Assembly: GCF_036321535.1 (NCBI RefSeq) | Contig: NC_087436.1 | Span: forward strand, 117,492,001 to 117,556,000 | From: Camelus dromedarius | Lineage: Eukaryota | Direction: 5' to 3' | Length of the DNA: 64,000 nucleotides | In this document: piece after piece, positions 51,111-64,000 of the stretch | How positions within the stretch are numbered: the stretch's first letter is position 1 | Layout of the letters: every line of letters starts with the position of its first letter | Notes under the pieces: generated by a model | The model's input: the letters and a program-made list of their open reading frames with translations, nothing else | Told to the model about the DNA's origin: nothing | Databases searched by the model: none | Made by a program: the position numbers and the translations under genes

Positions 51111-53022
51111 AGTGGAAGCATTCTTCCACGTTTTGCTGTAGGCAGTAAGCTACAGTAGTGTTAGTGATACCCGTGCAAACCACAGGCGTTTTGGTATCAC
51201 ACTGCAGTTGTTGCCAAGATTTGGGGAAGCGTTTGGTCTCATCATTCCTCTGAAATCACAATAGTGTAAGATCTTGTTGTTTGATGTGTTAATAAGGAAG
51301 CATATATATTATATCACAAATCTACATTTTTGCAGTATTTTGATAATAGTACTTCATTAGAAGTGTTTTTCCCCCTTTGTATAGTGTTTTCTGTGCGCTA
51401 AGCATGATTCTGAGAAGGATTTACCAATTTCACCTGGCTGCCAAAGAGGTCCGTGGCACAGACGTGTTAGAAACCCTGCACCAGGCCCCCCTCCCTGACC
51501 CCTGCTGCTCCCACACACTGTGCCTAACAGCCCCCTTCCCGCAGCACTGGGGTCTGGGCCACCGAGGGCCGCCATGGGCACACGCCAGAGGACGTGCGGT
51601 AATGAGTACAAATCCCTGTACAGTCTGTAATTTCACCCCGTCACCTCCTGCTTTAGAGTGTTTATTGACAGCTGTGCAGAAGTCATGTAAATTTAGAGAG
51701 CATGTAGAATCTGCTTTAACACACATGTGCACACACACACGTGTAAATCAGTAGCAAACACCCGTCCTTCAGGCAACTGGCAATGCCTCCCAGCGCTGCA
51801 AGGAGTGCTAATTTGGGGCATCATAAAGAGGCAGCGCCTCCTGGAATCCCGCAGCACCTGGGTTCCCACCTCTTGGTGTGGCACATAGGGTTCCTTGTCA
51901 CCTGGCTCACATCCCCTCCCCCACAGGACGTGTGATGCTCCAGCCACACTGGCCGAACGTGCTGTGTCTTGAAAGCCTCAGGGCTTTGGCACGGTCCCCC
52001 TCTCCCTCTGACAAGAGCAGCCTTGCCCGAGCTTCCCTGGGGAGCGCCCATCCTTCGGGACCCAACACCGCCTCCTGGACACCTTCCCCGCAGAGGTGTC
52101 TGCCCTGCCTCCTGCTTTCCTCTCCCGGGTCTCTCCCCACACTCTTAGGAGTTAAAACCACTCAGCAGAGACCAGGGCTGATGCAGCAGGCCAAGGTCAC
52201 TCCAAGGTGGCCGCTGTCAGATCTCCCAGGGGAATGTCCACTGGCCACTGGGGATTCAGTCGGTGCAGGAAGGCAAGGCCTTGGGGCACAAAGCACTTTT
52301 GCCTTTGTGGGCCCTTTCCTCCTTAAAAAAAAAAAATTTTCTGGCTACCTTGGTCTAAAGATGAACATAATCCAGGCTGGATTCATTATTATATATTCAT
52401 TACTATTTTATTCTTTTTTTTCTGGTTTTTAAACAAAAGTAAAACCCATTTTCTTGGGTCACTAAAGGCATCACAGGCCCCAGTACTGGGCCTCGTGCGT
52501 GTCTTAGAGATGTCGGCCCTGGAAGAAAGGCCCTGCCTCTAAGGAGACAGCCTTCCTCCACCCAAGGGATGCCCTGGCCCCCAGCCCCACAGCCTGGCCC
52601 CAGAGAGCACAGCCGTGGGGCTCCCAGGGCACACCCTTATGTCCCTGTAGAGAAGGCAAAGGGTACACCCAGGGCCTGGAGGAAACAGGTGTGTTTCACA
52701 CTTCGCTCTGGAATATTCCTGGTTGTCTCATGGGCTGGGGGAGGTGAGGGAGGCTCATGAAACTCTCCAGACTGGGACACATTTTCACTACACTTGAATC
52801 AGGAAAGGGGGGGATGCTGGGTTCTGGGGTGCACCATGTGTTGCTGGTGCCCAGAGAGGCTGGGGCGTCCCGGAGCCTTCCTGGAGGGCGGTGGGCCTGG
52901 CCAGGGCTTTGAACGGTGAGGAGAGAAGGCTGCCATCTGGCTGTGCTGGGGGACAAGGGTGACCTTCCAGGGAGGCGAGCCAGTCCTGAGTGCTTGCCTG
53001 AAACAGCCCTGGCACTGCGGGC

Positions 53023-53438
53023 TGCATTAGTTTGCTAGGACGGCTGTGACAAAGCTCACCGACTGGGGTGCTGGAACAGCCGAAATGTAGCATCTCACAG
53101 TTCCGGAGGCCAGAAGTCCAAGGTCAAGGTGTCGGCAGGGCTGCGCTCCCTCTGAAGCCTGCCTCTTCCTGGCTTCTGGGGCTGTTGCTGGCACTCCTTG
53201 TGGCTGTCTTTGGCTTGTCTTCAAGGGGCTGCTCCCTGTGTGCACCTGGGTCCTCATGTCCCCCTTTCGTAAGACACAGTCCTGTTGGGTTAGGGCCCAC
53301 CCGAATGAGCTCGGTTACTTTAATCACACCTGCAAGGACTGTATTTCTAAATAAGGTCACATTCGCAGGTACCAGGGGTTGGGGCTTGTGTGTTCTTTTG
53401 GGGGGAGGTTTGGGGGGGACACAATTCAGCCTGGAACA
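53023..53438 (-). mobile_element. MLT1 solo LTR in NSG1 intron 3
   Basis: TG..CA ends, TSD cgggc/ggggc, tttctaaataaggtcacattc. Confidence 0.85.
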
Positions 53439-54104
53439 GGGGCCCAGCACGTGGGGCTGACAGCGTGCTCTCAAGTCCGTGATCTCGTCATCCTCTTGAT
53501 AAACATGTAAGAGGTGAGGTCTGAGGCGACCTGTGCATCACACAGGTGGCAGGTGGCCGAGCTGGGATCCAGTTGTGAGCTTGCTGGGACCTTTCTGGAA
53601 AGGCTCCTCAGCCTGTGGCGGCCACAGGGGATACCATGCCACACAGTGAATTGTGCACCTGCATTTCTTACCCCTCAGGGTGCTTCCCAGGTCTGAGCAG
53701 ACCCTGGGGCCCAGGAGGGGCCCGGAGAGAGCAGAGGTGTCAGTGGCGGGGTAGCAGGGACCACCTGGGGGTGGGGGTGGGGCTTTGCCACACCAGGTGC
53801 CTCCTGCTGACTCTCCGGGGATTGATTCCTTTGCTTTCTCCCTCGGCTCTTCTGGGAACTGTCAGGTTCTCATTTCTCAGTTCTGTGAGCTTCGTGGCCA
53901 TCAGGTCCAGAAATCCTGGATGGAACGCCCAGGCCAGGTTCCAGGAGGAGAGCCCTGAGGACCTGCTTCCTCACAGCCCCGCTGAGAGAGCCGGGGCTTA
54001 TTTTACACCTGAACAGACGGGGCGCTGCGAACCCAACTCCACGTGGCTTCCAGTTCAAGGGACAGGTTTAAGGATGCACATCTCTCCAAGACTTGAGATC
54101 ATAC

Positions 54105-55415
54105 TCTTTTTTTTTAAAATTGAGATGTAATTGACATATAGAATCAGTTAGTTTCAAGTGTGCAACAGAGTGATTCAGTATTTGTGTGCACTGAGAAATG
54201 ATCACACTGTAAGTCTGGTTAACATCTGTCACCACACATAGTTACAGATTTTTTTCTTGTGATGACACTTTTTAAGAAGCTACTCCCTTAGCAACCTTCA
54301 GACATGCAACACAGTATTGGTAACTAGTCACCATGCTGCACATTACATTCCCGTGATGTATTTATCTTACAATTGGAAGTTTGTACCTTTTGGCCCTCTT
54401 CACCCACTTCTTCCAGCCCTACCCCACTGCTTCTCGTAAAGCCAATTTGTTCTCTGTTTCTATGAGCTCTTTTTGTTTTCTTTTTTTCAAGATTCCACAT
54501 ATAAGTGAGCTCAAATGGTATCTGTCTTACTCTGGCTTATTTCACTCAGCATAATGCCCTCAAGGTCCATCTGTGTTGTTGCAAATGGCAAGAGTTCCTT
54601 CCTATGGCTGAATATTATTCCATTGAATGTATGTGCCACAACTTTATCCGTTCATCCATCGATGGACACTTAGGTTATCTTGGCCACTGTAAATAACACT
54701 GCAGTGAACATCGGGGTGCAGATAGCTATTCAAGTGAGTGTTTTCATTTCCTTCAAATAAATACTCAGAAGTGGAATGACTGGATCACATGGTAGTTCTG
54801 GTTTTAATTCTTCTGAGGGATCTACAGTGTTTAACATAATGGCTGCACCAACTGGCACTCCTACCCGCGGTGCAGGAGAGCTCCCGTTCCTCCACGTCCT
54901 CCCCAACACTTACTATTTCTTGTCTTTTTGAAAATAGCCGTAGATGTGAGGTACAGGTATCTCATTATGGCTTCGATTTGCATTTTTCTGATGATTTACG
55001 ATGCTGAGCACTTCTCATGAACTACCTGTTGGCCATCTGCATATCTTCTTTGGGAAAAATGCTTGTTCAGTTTCTTTGCCCATTTTTTAGTTGGATTGTT
55101 TGGGTTTTTTGCTCTAGAGTTATGAGTTCTTAATTTATTTTGTATATTATTCTCTTACGTATGAATTACAGATACTTCCACCATTGCTTTTTTATTTTGT
55201 TGGTGGTTTCCTTTGCTGTGTAGCAGCTTTTTAGTTTGCTGTTGTCCCACTTGTTCATGTTCGCTTGTGTTGCCTTTGCTTTTAGTGTCAAATACAAAAA
55301 ATCATTGCCAAGGCCAGCGTCAAGGGGCTTATCACCTGCGTTTTCTTCTAGGAGTTTACAGTTTCGGGTCTTACGTTCAAGTCTTTATCCGTCATGGGTT
55401 AATGTTTCTATATGA
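54105..55415 (-). mobile_element. L1MA-like 3' end, antisense in NSG1 intron 3
   Basis: T-tail, agattccacatataagtgag, ggctgaatattattccattg, atgctgagcac. Confidence 0.85.
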
Positions 55416-55934
55416 TGCTCTGGCCGCACACGCGGTGCTGGGAGCCCGCGTCCAGTAGTGCAGAAAGCTCGGTCCCTGTGCTGGGGGGACTTCCCTCCAG
55501 GGAGGGGACAGATCAAACTGAACACGCAGGAAGCCATCGAGGGTGGAGGTGATGGGGACCTAGGAGAGTCAGTCTGTCTTGCTCAGCTGGTCCCGGCTCG
55601 GGGCACGTCTAGGGGACAGCTGACCAGCTGGTGGCTGATGCGTCCCCTCCAGGACCGGCAGCATGAGAAGGGCCACCCGCACCCACGGCTCAATCGTGTG
55701 TCCCATGTCCATGAGGCCTGATGGTATCTGTACCCCAAGCTCTACACAGGGCCTGAAATACTAAAAATAGCTTATTAAAAATAAAGATGCCATGTGGATA
55801 TGGTAAAAGATGAAAATGGCACAAAAAGTTGTCAGTGTGAAGGGATTCTGCTGACCTGTTGTCCCCAGAGGCCTCCCAGTTCTGTGTTCTGTCCCTCCTT
55901 CCAGAGACTGCCTGCTACAGCGGCGTGAGGGTCA

Positions 55935-56015
55935 GTGTGCGCGCACTTGTCTGTGTGTGCGTGTGTCTGTGTGTGTGTCTGTGTGTCTCTGTGTCTGTGT
56001 GTGCATGTGTGCATG
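55935..56015 (+). repeat. Degenerate (TG)n/(TGTC)n tract just upstream of the TM-exon branch point
   Basis: ctgtgtgtgcgtgtgtctgtgtgtgtgtctgtgtgtctctgtgtctgtgtgtgcatgtgtgcatg. Confidence 0.9.
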
Positions 56016-56036
56016 GCTGCCCCATCGCCCCCCTGA

Positions 56037-56231
<195 letters not shown>

Positions 56232-59200
56232 TGAGGGACAGACGCCAGAGCAGCCGGGCCGGTGAGGGGTCTGGCCGGCAGGGAAGGGAGGGGGCGATGC
56301 GATGGAGTCTGTGGGAGGGAGGCTCCTGTCCAGCAGGCCCAGCACATTCCCTGAGGGGCAGTGAGTGAGGGGGAAGCAGAGGCCCTGGGAGAAGAAGGCC
56401 TGTGTAACCACGTGGGGATTGGGGACTGTGTCCCCGGCCTGCAGGGTGTGGTCAGGTGGCCCATGTGTGTTCTGCCTCAGGGAGGAGCCGGCTGTGGCCA
56501 GACTGGAGTGCCAGCAAAGGCCCCTGGAGGAGCGGGAGTGATGGGATGGTCACTCGGGTGGCCGGGGAGGCTGCAGTTTGGATGGGAGTGACAGGAGGCA
56601 GCGAGACGGCCCAGGAGGGCATCAGGGAGGAGACGTGGGTCTGGACCAGTCTGGGTGCTGGGGATGGAGAGGGAGTGAATCTGGGAGACAGGGGCGGGGC
56701 AGGAGGGGAGGACCTGAGGTCAGGGAGTGGGAGCCAAGGTGACGTAGGAGCCGCGCCCTGATGGAACCTGGGTACACGGAGGACGGCTTCCTGGGGACTA
56801 GAGTCCCGTCTGGACAGACTGCACACAAGTAGCTGTGGCCACGGCCCCGCCAGCAGGGGCCGGGCTTTCCTTTTGGCTCATTTTCTCTGTGTCTGCCTGG
56901 GGCTAGTTCCCTGCATGGAGAGGCGGGTGGGCAGACAAAACTGCCTTCTGCGTGCACATCCTGCCGGGGCAGGTTCTGCTGGGTAACCTGGTCCAGGTGG
57001 AGTCGGGGAGGAGAGGCCTGGTGCTTCTCGCAGCAGCGCTGGGCGGGGCAGGCGTCGCATGGCTGAAAGGCTCTGCAGCGGGTGGAGTGCACAGCCAGCC
57101 TCGGGAACTTGGAGCCCCTGGTAGATGGTTCTGGAGAAGCGTCTCTTGGGACTTGGGCCTTTTCTACTGGCATCTCATGGAGGGCGTCCTTCCCGGAGAG
57201 CACCGCTGGCAGGGCCGGGGAGCTGCTGGGGCTGTGTCCAGCTGCCCTGAGGCTGAGGCTGAGGCTGGAGAAAGAAACGTGTGCGTGCCCTTCCTCCCTC
57301 TTTCCTGCAGGTTGTGTGCACATCACATGCTGATACCCAGGAGTTCACAAGGGGCTTTTAACGAAGATCTCTGATGCCCCCCAAGCCCCTGTAGGGTAGA
57401 TGCCGTTAGACCCCACTTGACCGAAGGGAGATTGAGTAGAGACACTGTTGTGCCCGAGGCCACCCCCTGCACTTCATTCTTCAGTGTATGTTTACTAAGT
57501 GCCACCCACTGTGTGCAGGGCGGGGTGCTGGCAGGTGCCTGCCCCCGGGGCTTATGTTCCAGCAGAGGCGACAAGCGGTGAGCCAGCAGACAGATGTCCA
57601 GACGCTATTGGATGCTGCCAGGAGTCCACAAGGGAGAAATGCAGGGTGACTGAGTGCCTGCGGCCAGCTCTTTGGGGATATCACAGGCCTCACCTGGGCT
57701 GAGATCCGAATGCGGAGGGGGCCCCATGGGATGGGCTGGTGGGCACAGGTGCCCGAGCTTCTGGGCTGCACGGAGGGGCGGGGACCAGCCTCTCCCAGGT
57801 GGCCCCAAGCTGAAGAGTGTCCCAAGGGGATTTAAAATGGCAGGTGTGGGCTGGGAGGACACCAGGTTTCTGCTTTTTTGTTTTTTTAACCATTCAGTCA
57901 CTATACGACTATTACAAAAAGGTCCTAAACACAGTGGGGAACCGCCCCAGGCCCCACAAGGGTTTTGCGTTTGGGTGCGCCTTGCAGACTGACTTCCTCG
58001 CGGGGGAGCCCGCATGTGGGATTCCACAGCCAGGGCTGCTGGGACACACTTTCCTGGATTCCCCTTCCCGTCCAGTTAACACTTCATATCGTGGCGGAGG
58101 GACGAGGTGCAGAGAGGCTCAGTGACCTCCCTAAGCTCACCTACAGGTGACACGTGCCCCTCAGAAGTCTTCCTTACCCCTGGGGTCGTGCTCGCCGCCA
58201 GTGCCCCACCCACGGAGGCTCCCCAGCATCCCCGTCATGTGGTGTCACTGTGTGGGCGGCGTCAGACCGTCTGTACTCTCTGGCCTGGGCACCTGGAGGC
58301 CTGTCCCAGCCGGGAGCAGAGGCACTCACTGCACAGCAGGTGTTGGTGGCCTCAGAAGGTCTTGCCAGACCCTGTGCTAGTGACTGATGGGTGGCGAGGA
58401 CAGAGGGCAGGGAGGCAGCAGTGCAGGTCGGGGAGGAGGGTGGCAGCCAGCCTGCCAGCCAGGGGCCCTGGGCTGAATGAACGGTTTGCCCCCGCAGAGT
58501 GGCCTCGCCTCTCAGTGCCCTGATGAGTCTGAGGTCAAGACCTGATGAAAGAAGGGCATCCCCCAGCAGTGCCCCTTGTGGCTTTTCGGCTTTTCTGTCT
58601 GCTGTGCTATGCTGACTTCAGCCCCATTTTACAGACAAGGGAACTGAGGCTCAGAAACGTGAACTCAGCCAGCAGCGTGGGCCTGGCTCCCCGGCTGAGC
58701 TCTTCCCACAGCGCCTGCTCCTGCGGCCTCAGCCACTGAGATCCTGCACCAGGCAGAGCTGGCCGTAAACACGCGGCCTTCCTTTGCCATTTCTCTTCTG
58801 GAAACAGCCCTCTGTGCACCTGGGGGGCTGGCAGGTGTTTCTAGTCCTTACATTTCAGGGTCAGTGAGCTGGTAAGAAGCAGCCCGGTCCTCCGTGGGGC
58901 AGGGTGGTGTCGGGTGTGCGTTTGTTATAATTTCCCTTCCATCCTCACTAAAGCAGCGGCAGTGAGCCACATATCTCTGAGAGGCAGGGGCTCCAGCAGC
59001 CCCAACAGGGGAACCCCCATGGCGCCTGCGGGCCATGCCCCCCGCCCCACCCCCGGCTTGAGGAACAGGCTGCCAGACCCCAGAGCTCCCTAACCCCCTG
59101 CCCCCAAACCCGCCTCCTCCTCCACCCCTGCCATCTTCCTGGCCCGGCAGTGATGAAGGGGCAGCTTTGTGGTCCAGGCGCTGGACCGGGCCTGATGCCA

Positions 59201-61826
59201 TCGCCTCTGCCAAGCTGGGTGGCACCGTCTTCCTTCTGCCGAGAGGCCAGACCTCCACACCCCACCGAGAGCAGCAGAGCCTGGGTCCTGAGTGAAGGCC
59301 ACAGGGCGGGCAGAGCCAGTTTCAGCAGGGCCTGCAGTCCCCTGGCGCCTGACCCAGGACTGGCGCGAGTGACTCCTGTGCCTGATGGCAGCTCACCTGT
59401 GGGAGAGCCTGTCCTCCAGCCACACCTGTTAACCTCAGGCTGATACTACTTCTCGGTGTCCTGTTAGAACTGTCCGGGTAGCCAGGGGGTTCGGTCACTT
59501 ATAGATGAAACAACACCCCTGGGTCACACTTGGTCAGGCCTCGAAATTGGTTCAAATAGGAGCTTTTCTAAGACCAAGATGTGGTCCTTTCTCTCTCTCC
59601 ACAAATCACCTGTTCAGCCCTGTGCGGACATCAGGCAGCAGCCAGGCAGTGTCAGAAGGACCTGCACCCCAGGAGGGCCTCCGGCTTCAGTGGGTGACGT
59701 TACTGCCTGGTGCCCAGAGAGGGCCTCCTGAAGGTGGCAGTGTTCCCCAGGCTCAGCTGGTTCCTGCCGCAGCAGCTCCTACCGGGCAGGCCCTCCAACC
59801 CCCAATCCCTGCAGACAGGGTGCCGCCACCTCCACCTCTGAGGATGCTGAGGGCCGAGTTGGGACCGGGTGCCCTGGGCTGGGACCTGATGAACGCGGGC
59901 TGAACCTGAGGCTGCCAGGGGTACAGTCCTGCCCAGTGCGGGGAGCACGCTGCCATGTTTCTCACTGTTCTGCCTTTGGGCTGAGTGGTCACCTGTTGGC
60001 AGCTTTGCAGGGGGCGTCTGGAGTGCTCTAAGCGGAGGCCCAGGCTGCTGCTCGGTCCCCACGCTGCCCTGTGGTCCCTTCACCTCTCTTGGTCTCACAT
60101 GCCACGTCAATGGGACAGGACTAACGGAAGCCAGCTCAGAGAGAGAGAGGCTGTGTCTGGAAGGCACTTGGCCACCGGCGTCGTCGCAGGGCTGGGACAT
60201 GGTGATGGGTCTTGGGTCTGCAGGAAGACCCCAGGGAGCAGCCCTCTAATGGGGGTGGGGCAGAGCTAACCTGCCTTCAGCTTCGGGAGCCTGAGGAAAC
60301 CTGGGTCGGGCAGGGACGAGGCTCCCAGAGGACAGTCCCCTGTGCGTCCCGGGCCAGTGCCCATATTCGTGGGGGCAGCCACCACCAGCCAGCCCAGGGA
60401 TCAGCAGAGACCGGGCACGGTCCCCACGCTGGGCCTGCCCAGGGCAGGTCTAGGAGTGCTCTGAGCAGCGGGTTTCTTACTAGGGCCCGGGAGTGGGTGG
60501 AATCCCGGCTGTGCACCTGCCAGCAGGGTGGCCGTGGCTGAGACGCTGCTCAGTGGTGCTGGGCCGGACCTCGCAGGTGGGGCTGGGAATCTGGGGGTTC
60601 ACAACTTTTCCTGGTGACCGTCTTCACTGCAGTCTCCCTTCACATGTGACAAGGAGACCCTGGCATTCCCATAACACTTCGATTGCCTAGAGACACAAGT
60701 AATGTGGCTTCCGTGAAATGAGATGGGCTCATTAAAGCCCCAGCTGGAAGACAGTGGTGCTCCGTGAGGTCACCGTGGAGCCCCCATTCTGTCTTGTGCT
60801 GTGTGGCCAGCCCCTGGGGAGTTGGCCCTCCCCGGGTGGTCAGAGCCACTGAGGGGGGCCATGGGAGCAGGGAGGCCAGGCGGCCTCCCTGTTGGGGGCC
60901 CTCTGAACCTGCTGTCACATCCAATTGGCCAGAAGTTAGTTCCATGGCCTCAGCTGGCTACCAGGAGGGCTGAGCTGGGTGCCACGTGCCCACTTAACCT
61001 CTGGGAGAGTGGGTGGTGGGGGACAGTTGGGAGCCTGCCACCCCTTCCTCGTGGGCTTGGTGAGGGACGTATGGAGACAGCAGTGGGCAGTGGCATAGCC
61101 TGGCTCCTGGAGTGACAAGGAAAGGCAGCCTGTCTTTCTTGGGGCCCTATGCCCGCAATGAGCAGATGAGAGCTGTGAACGGATCTCCACGCCCCCGGCC
61201 TCCCCAGGGTCCCGTGGTCAGTAGGGAAGGCGCCTTGTCCCTTGTGGACAGCTGCTGGGATGGTCCCCCACTCAGCGTGCCTTCGTAGGGGCCTCGTGGC
61301 TTCCTGCTGGGCTCGGGATCCAGGGTCACACAACTCCCTAGAGGCCCTGACCCTTGCCTCCTTCCCAGTGTTTTCGTCCTGCGGCTCCTTGCCCTCTGCT
61401 CCAGCCTGCATCCATCCTCCCACCTTGAAGGCCCATCTCCTTTGCCTCAAGTGTGCCCCCTCCCCATCCCCCGCTGACCCAGCCACCAGGAAGACTTTTA
61501 TGGATTCCCTTCCTTCCTTATTTGAATACATTGTTTTTGGTGGACACATAAAAATTCCCATTGTTTTCTAATAGATGTAAAACAAATGACAGCTAGTGTA
61601 AGATCATGAGTGAAGCAGGAAGGCCCGCTGTGCAAGTCCCACCGCCATGGCCTTGTCACAGACATCCCTCCTGTCACCATGTAGTCAGCACCGGGCCGTC
61701 AGCGCTGACTCATCACCGAATCTCCTCCAAGCCCGGGGAGATGCGCAGTGACGACAGGTTGGGTGCTAATGGAGACACCTGGGCGTCCATCTTGCATCGG
61801 CATCTTAGCAGCCTCTTGTCTTTCAG

Positions 61827-62027
61827 AACACCCAGTGCATCCCAGAAGGCTTGGAGAGCTACTACGCGGAGCAAGACTCCAACGCCCGGGAGAAATTTTA
61901 CACCGTCATAAACCACTACAACTTGGCCAAGCAGAGCATCACCCGCTCGGTATCACCATGGATGTCAGTTCTGTCGGAAGAGAAGCTCTCAGAGCAGGAG
62001 ACTGAGGCTGCTGAGAAATCCGCTTAG
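61827..62027 (+). CDS. NSG1: NSG1 last coding exon, residues 120-185 plus TAG stop
   Basis: Acceptor ctcttgtctttcag|. Translates [69 protein letters not shown] at 62025-62027 is followed by in-frame TGA. Total 43+39+37+66=185 aa. Confidence 0.98.
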   Translation, partial: NTQCIPEGLESYYAEQDSNAREKFYTVINHYNLAKQSITRSVSPWMSVLSEEKLSEQETEAAEKSA

Positions 62028-63550
62028 TGAGATGGCGAGTTCCCTGCAGTGTCACTTGAAGGTAACAAAGGGACTTTGAGGGACATTTCATTAAATATAA
62101 TTCCTGATAATTTAGAGGTTACTCATTTATGGTGCAACTGCTTCTGTTTGCTGATGCTGCTTTGCAAATCAAACTTGCTGCAGGCCACCTCGGGCATAGA
62201 ATCAAGCGCTATCAGCATTGCTTAAAGAGCTCTGACACCAGTTTTCATGTAAAGGAATCTTAATTTAGCAACTTGACTGGGATTTATTGGATGCTATCAA
62301 AAAATAAATTTACACTGGATATGCAAGGGGTTTGGACTTCAGATAAATAATGCATTTTGTGGGACTGATTGTTTTTTAAACCACTTGCTGTTTGCAGACC
62401 TTACTCCATAGCCATATCTAGAGTAAGCCCTTGCGTTGCTGAGAGCAAGCTGTCCTTCTCATTTCTTCCCACCTCCCATCCAGGGCAATAGTGCTGATGG
62501 CCAGGATGCGCTGTAATGAGTGGCACAGGGAAGGAAGGAAAGACGCCAGCGGGTCACAGCTGCGCCCTGCCCTTCCCCGTGCCCATTCTGAGTGTGCAGG
62601 GGCTGCCGCAGGGCTGCTTGGGCAGAGGCTGCATCTCAGCCCAGAGGGCCCGCTGGGCAGAGGAGGCCGTGTTTCCCTTGGTGCTTGTGGTCTGGGTCAG
62701 GGCATGTGAGGTGGGGACCCTGGGCCAAGGCTGCAGAACCGGCCCCCTGCCAGCGTCCGTTTGCTCTGTGATGTGCTGGGTAGGAACGAGACCCACCAGC
62801 CCTTCTGTTCACATTGGTTATTAAATACATTTGCATCGACAGCCGTATTAGCAATTAGTTTTAAATCAGTTAGCTGGGCGGGGAACGTAAAAGTGATTGC
62901 TGGTAAGCCAAGGCTACTTTAGTGTTTATTCTGTGGGACAGATGTCACTCCTCTGATGTAAGAAGCAGGCAGAAAGGCTGGGAGGGGGGCTGGCGGGGCA
63001 CCTTATGAGTCCAACTGTGACATTTACATTCACAGTCTCTGTAAGACAATTACGTTTCAGTCTGAATCTTGACATTAAAGTGTATGTTTACAAACTTGCC
63101 AGTTAGATGAACTAAGTGTGTAAGACGATTAAATAGAAAAAAAAATTCACATTTTCTTCCATGTTATTTGACTGTGTTGTTTCTGGTGGACATGTCACAA
63201 GTTTCACTGTTTTTTTAGTAGATCAAAAATAAATGACAATTAGTGCAAGATCTGTGGCGAACAAGCATGGTGGTCACGGCCAACTCCCTTACTGTCCCCT
63301 GAAGTGCACTTCTGAAACAGACAGTAGATGTCATTGTCAAGGGTGTTTGGAAACAGTGGCCATGACCTCAGAGCAGTGGGTGTGCGTTACAGTCGCAGCC
63401 GCGAAGGACGTCGTGACGCTGTGGGGGTGCACAAAGAGCAATAACTACGTGCCAAAACGTCTGCTGCGTAGAGGTTATCTGTCAGCAGTTCCAGCCCATG
63501 TAAACGCAGTGCCAAGGCAACCCTATTTGTACTTTCTAGTAGACGTGTAT

Positions 63551-63556
63551 TTTATT
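63551..63556 (-). terminator. Minus-strand polyadenylation signal, probably of the convergent neighbour (STX18 by synteny)
   Basis: TTTATT on the + strand is AATAAA on the - strand. In human, STX18 is recalled to lie tail-to-tail with NSG1. No STX18 coding sequence is in this window, so the assignment is inferred. Confidence 0.55.
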
Positions 63557-63602
63557 GACTGTAAACTCATTCACATGTAACTTTCAACATTTTCACTCTG
63601 CA

Positions 63603-63608
63603 AATAAA
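63603..63608 (+). terminator. Main NSG1 polyadenylation signal AATAAA
   Basis: Canonical hexamer with four upstream TGTA (CFIm) motifs at 63528, 63546, 63560 and 63576, and TG-containing sequence downstream. Confidence 0.8.
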
Positions 63609-64000
63609 AGAACACAAGGATCCCTGTGCCCCCGGACTGTCTGTGCAGCGCGGAGCCCTCGCACCCACGCTGCTGGCCCCGCCTACACCGGACGCTTTCT
63701 GCACAGATGTGGCCGCGGGCGTCCGTGCTTCGAAGTCCAAGCAGGCGTTCTGGATTCCTGGGGCTCAGGGAGAGGCGGGGAGCAGCAGGCCCTCTGGACA
63801 AAAGCTCGTGGGCCCCAGTGGCAGGAAGTCAGGCCCTCCCCGCCGCCTGCCCACCAGGCAGGAGAGTGCCGGGGCAGCAGTTCTGGGCAAGCCGGGCCGT
63901 GGCCCAGAGGCCTGCCCCACGCTCCCTCCCTGGGCAGGAGGCAGGTGCGCATGCGCTGACTTAACGGTATTTATGGGAGTCACAAGGCAGAGGGGGGTTT

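Larger units (their letters stand above)
62028..63625 (+). other. NSG1: NSG1 3'UTR (end approximate)
   Basis: Follows the stop codon, appears repeat-free, has AU-rich blocks and ends at AATAAA 63603-63608. Confidence 0.75.

Overview
This is GC-rich, repeat-dense mammalian genomic DNA, not microbial. It is probably camelid, judged from three tRNA-Ala-derived Vic-1-like SINEs. The only protein-coding gene I can support is NSG1 (NEEP21, calcyon/NSG family) on the + strand. It has a CpG-island promoter (~39.0-40.4 kb), a non-coding exon 1 ending at 39482, and four coding exons (39895-40023, 43169-43285, 56058-56168, 61827-62027). These splice with GT-AG, all in phase 0, into an intact 185-aa protein. 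The ~1.6-kb 3'UTR ends near 63625. A minus-strand polyA signal at 63551-63556 suggests the 3' end of the convergent neighbour (STX18 by recalled human synteny) overlaps the NSG1 3' end. The upstream 38 kb is intergenic: many MLT1/MaLR solo LTRs, L1/L2/MIR remnants, nested insertions, and one complete ERV1-type solo LTR with a target-site duplication (TSD). Nearly all listed six-frame ORFs are spurious. I did not find a novel multi-gene system. The best leads are regulatory or evolutionary: the tail-to-tail overlap, a skippable transmembrane exon preceded by UG/RBFOX motifs, an intronic RFX/AP-1 element, CTCF motifs, candidate alternative first exons, and AT-to-GC-biased decay of repeats. Repeat boundaries and subfamily names were judged by eye and are approximate unless TSDs are quoted.
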